Shown piece after piece: positions 61,510 through 64,000 of a stretch of 64,000 nt of DNA. This DNA comes from Podospora anserina. Its lineage: Eukaryota. The stretch lies in contig CM030338.1 in assembly GCA_017654855.1 (NCBI GenBank), positions 434,001-498,000 of the forward strand, in the 5' to 3' direction. The notes under the pieces are model-generated. The model searched no databases. It was not told where the DNA came from and saw only the letters and a list, made by a program, of their open reading frames with translations. How positions within the stretch are numbered: the first letter of the stretch is position 1; every line of letters begins with the position of its first letter. Both the position numbers and the translations under genes were made by a program.

Positions 61510-62736
61510 CCTGCGTGTGAGAGAGTAACAGTTCTGTAGGCACTAACTCGTTATGTGCCTGCTCCCAGTTGAGTTATGCCAGGGTCCTTACGCACCCCGG
61601 CCGTGTAAAACGAGAACGTCACCCCTCGAGCCAACCGTTCGGTGCTGGGATGGCGATATTGCAATAGGGCCTGGTTCCCGGCGGCACAGAACTCCTGCCG
61701 TTCCGGTTGCTTGGAGACTCAAAGCACAAACACTCGATCTCCCAAGATGTTCCCGGCTTCCCAGATACCCTTTGTGTGCCGCTTCTGTTTGATGACCCAA
61801 GCATGCAGGTCATCGCGGGCCGTACAGGTAGAGGGAAGAAAGGGACTCCAGGAGATGGGTAGCCTACACCGACAAGTTGACGTGTCGTCCTATTACATCA
61901 CCTACCACCAACCGCCATGCTGTGAAGCCCAGCCGGCAAACACACCACGGAACCACCACGGCCACCACGGCCTGGGCGTCGTGTCTATTTTCTCGATCTC
62001 TGGGTTGGATGTGGGTGGACTGGGGAGAAAGTTCCGGTGGCACTGGGCCACAAGCCTGCTCGAGTATCGAATCACAGTCGAAGCATACCGAAATACTCCT
62101 GATCAGCAAGAGCACAGCGTTTGGTTGCGGGGCAGCACCCTCCCCCTCCCTTTTTGTCTCCTTTTTGTGCCCAGTCCTCGGTGGCTCTCGGGTGCGGGCG
62201 GAAGCAAGGAAAGGGTGACCTTCACCTCCGGCCGAGCGAAAGCTTGGGAGTAGACTTTTGCTTCCCAACCGACCCCTTGACCGCTTCGCTTCCCACAGCA
62301 CCAGACTGGGCACAAGGAACAAGGTCAAACTCCACTCCATGCCATGACTGATACTGATTCGCATTTCCACATGGGCGCCGGGGAATACAAACGCGAGGCC
62401 GGCTGCAGTGTGTGTCCCAGACACCACGAGGTTCTGACAAAAAGCAGACTTGCCAATGCAGTCCCCTTTAAGTGCGACTATCGCCATCCTCTTTTCTCGT
62501 CTGCTGCTCCCGTCTCTACCGTCTTCTCGGATATCCTTCACGGCCGGCCTTGTCTCACTGCTTTGGCATATGTACGGCTTTGTGTGAGAAGCAAACACTA
62601 CTGTCACTACTGTTGTCCTATCCTCTGATCCCGAAGAAAGTCGTTTCGGCCTTCTCTTGGTTTCTTCTTGATACTACACTAGTCCTCTCGGATCCGAGCA
62701 CCGCTACCGTGGTGCTGGGTCTCGCTACATACTGCA

Positions 62737-64000
62737 ATGGCTTCACAAGCAACCGTTCCAACGCCTCTCGCATCTACTTCCACAGTCATGAACACCGACT
62801 CAGGCCGGTTACTTGTATCGCCACCCCAGAACTCTGAAACGGCACCCCCACGGCGGTATCAGGAGCTATTATCCCGAGTTTTGGATGGTGGGATTGCTGT
62901 TGGGATTGCGGTGGTGGCTCAGTTGTTGATGGCTGGAATCCAGGGGGTGTTGAACGTCAACAGCAACAAGGTCGAATTTCCTCCATCAGTTGTAGCAATG
63001 GCGGCTATCTTTGGGCTGTTTTGTGCGTGCGGGTGTATCTTCCCAGGTGCAGAGGACTTTTACCGGAACCACCTCAAGAGACCGGTAAGACTTGTTTTCG
63101 TTGACAGTTGAGTGGAGGTATGCCACAACACGAGGCTAACAAGCGATCACAAGGCCGACCTCCTCAACCGGCACATGTCTATTGGTTTCACGATTCCATT
63201 TCTTATGATCTGCAAGGGCTCGCTCACAGATGTCTGGGTTATTGGGCCGATTATTGGTTGCTTTGGTAGGACGTCCTTCCCCATGCAAAGAGACCGGGAA
63301 GACTGACCAGCCTAGTCCTCACCGGCCTTTTCAACACAGTTTTGTCCTATGTGCTAGCTCTTCCACTTCAATGCCTCATGGTGCGGTGGGACTCTGGCAG
63401 CTGGTCTTCGTCAGACATCGAAAAGGGGTCACCAACAACTGAAAAAGAGAGACAGAACCCCAAACTTCGTTCACCAGTCAAATCAGTATGCGATTCCATG
63501 GACACAGAGGAGTTTTCTTTGGGTGTCACCCCGCCTGAATCGATGACCCCTGATTCCAAGGCCTCGCCAACTCACCCTGTATCGTTTTCAACATCAGCTA
63601 AGCTCTGGTGTCTTGCAAACCCAATGCTCCTTCTCATGTGGACCTTAACTCTCACCATTGGCCTACCTCTCCGCGTCTGCCTTGCTCTCGATACACCACT
63701 ATCCACCTTACTGCTATTCGCCCTTTGGCTTTCAACTTTAGCCATTCAATCATCGCTCAAAACCTCCCCTTACCTCCGCCCATTCGCCCGCACACTCCTC
63801 TCAGGCCTCTTCAACGCCGTCCTCTGGACCTCCCTCACAATGGCAGCCTACCTCCTCCTCGACGGCCACCTCTCCTCCCGCCCCCTCCAAGCCATGCTCA
63901 CAACCCTCGAAAGCCACAACCCTTTCTCCAGCGCGCTCCTCAACAGCTTTTCCGTCCCCCTCACAGCAGGGGACGTCGCCCTCTCCATCCTCAACGCCGG
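62737..64000 (+). CDS. LrgB-like multi-pass membrane protein, runs off the window end
   Basis: FPPSVVAM, LKRP|ADLLNRHMSIGFTIP, SGLFNAVLWT and TAGDVALSILNAG, with introns at ~63084-63152 and ~63266-63314. Confidence 0.75.

Noticed and set aside
59300-62700. Many 60-250-aa ORFs between the divergent coiled-coil and LrgB-like genes
   Set aside because: Random-looking composition. Most likely a long divergent regulatory region.

Overview
Filamentous ascomycete genomic DNA. Short GT-AG introns with CTRAC branch sites, RIP-like AT-rich repeat relics and the gene content point to Sordariales, most plausibly Podospora (inference). Recognisable genes include a small heat-shock protein, secreted HExxH proteins (one con-13-like), an F-box protein, an acyltransferase-3, a Zn2Cys6 factor, a DUF2306-like membrane protein, scon-2/MET30, the SFC1 carrier and a partial LrgB-like gene. 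Two accessory loci stand out. (1) At 7.9-12.3 kb, a divergent and decaying amyloid-signalling pair: a HET-s-like two-repeat prion-forming domain that has lost almost all of its HeLo domain, facing a NACHT-ankyrin NLR pseudogene with a matching N-terminal R0 amyloid motif. (2) At 30.9-37.9 kb, a repeat-bracketed island holding an open Spok-family gene (coiled coil, PD-(D/E)xK nuclease, Cys cluster, kinase), a 3' fragment of sec17/alpha-SNAP, an orphan ORF and three related solo LTRs. Several MITEs are also present. All family calls come from motif recognition by eye; no database searches were run.
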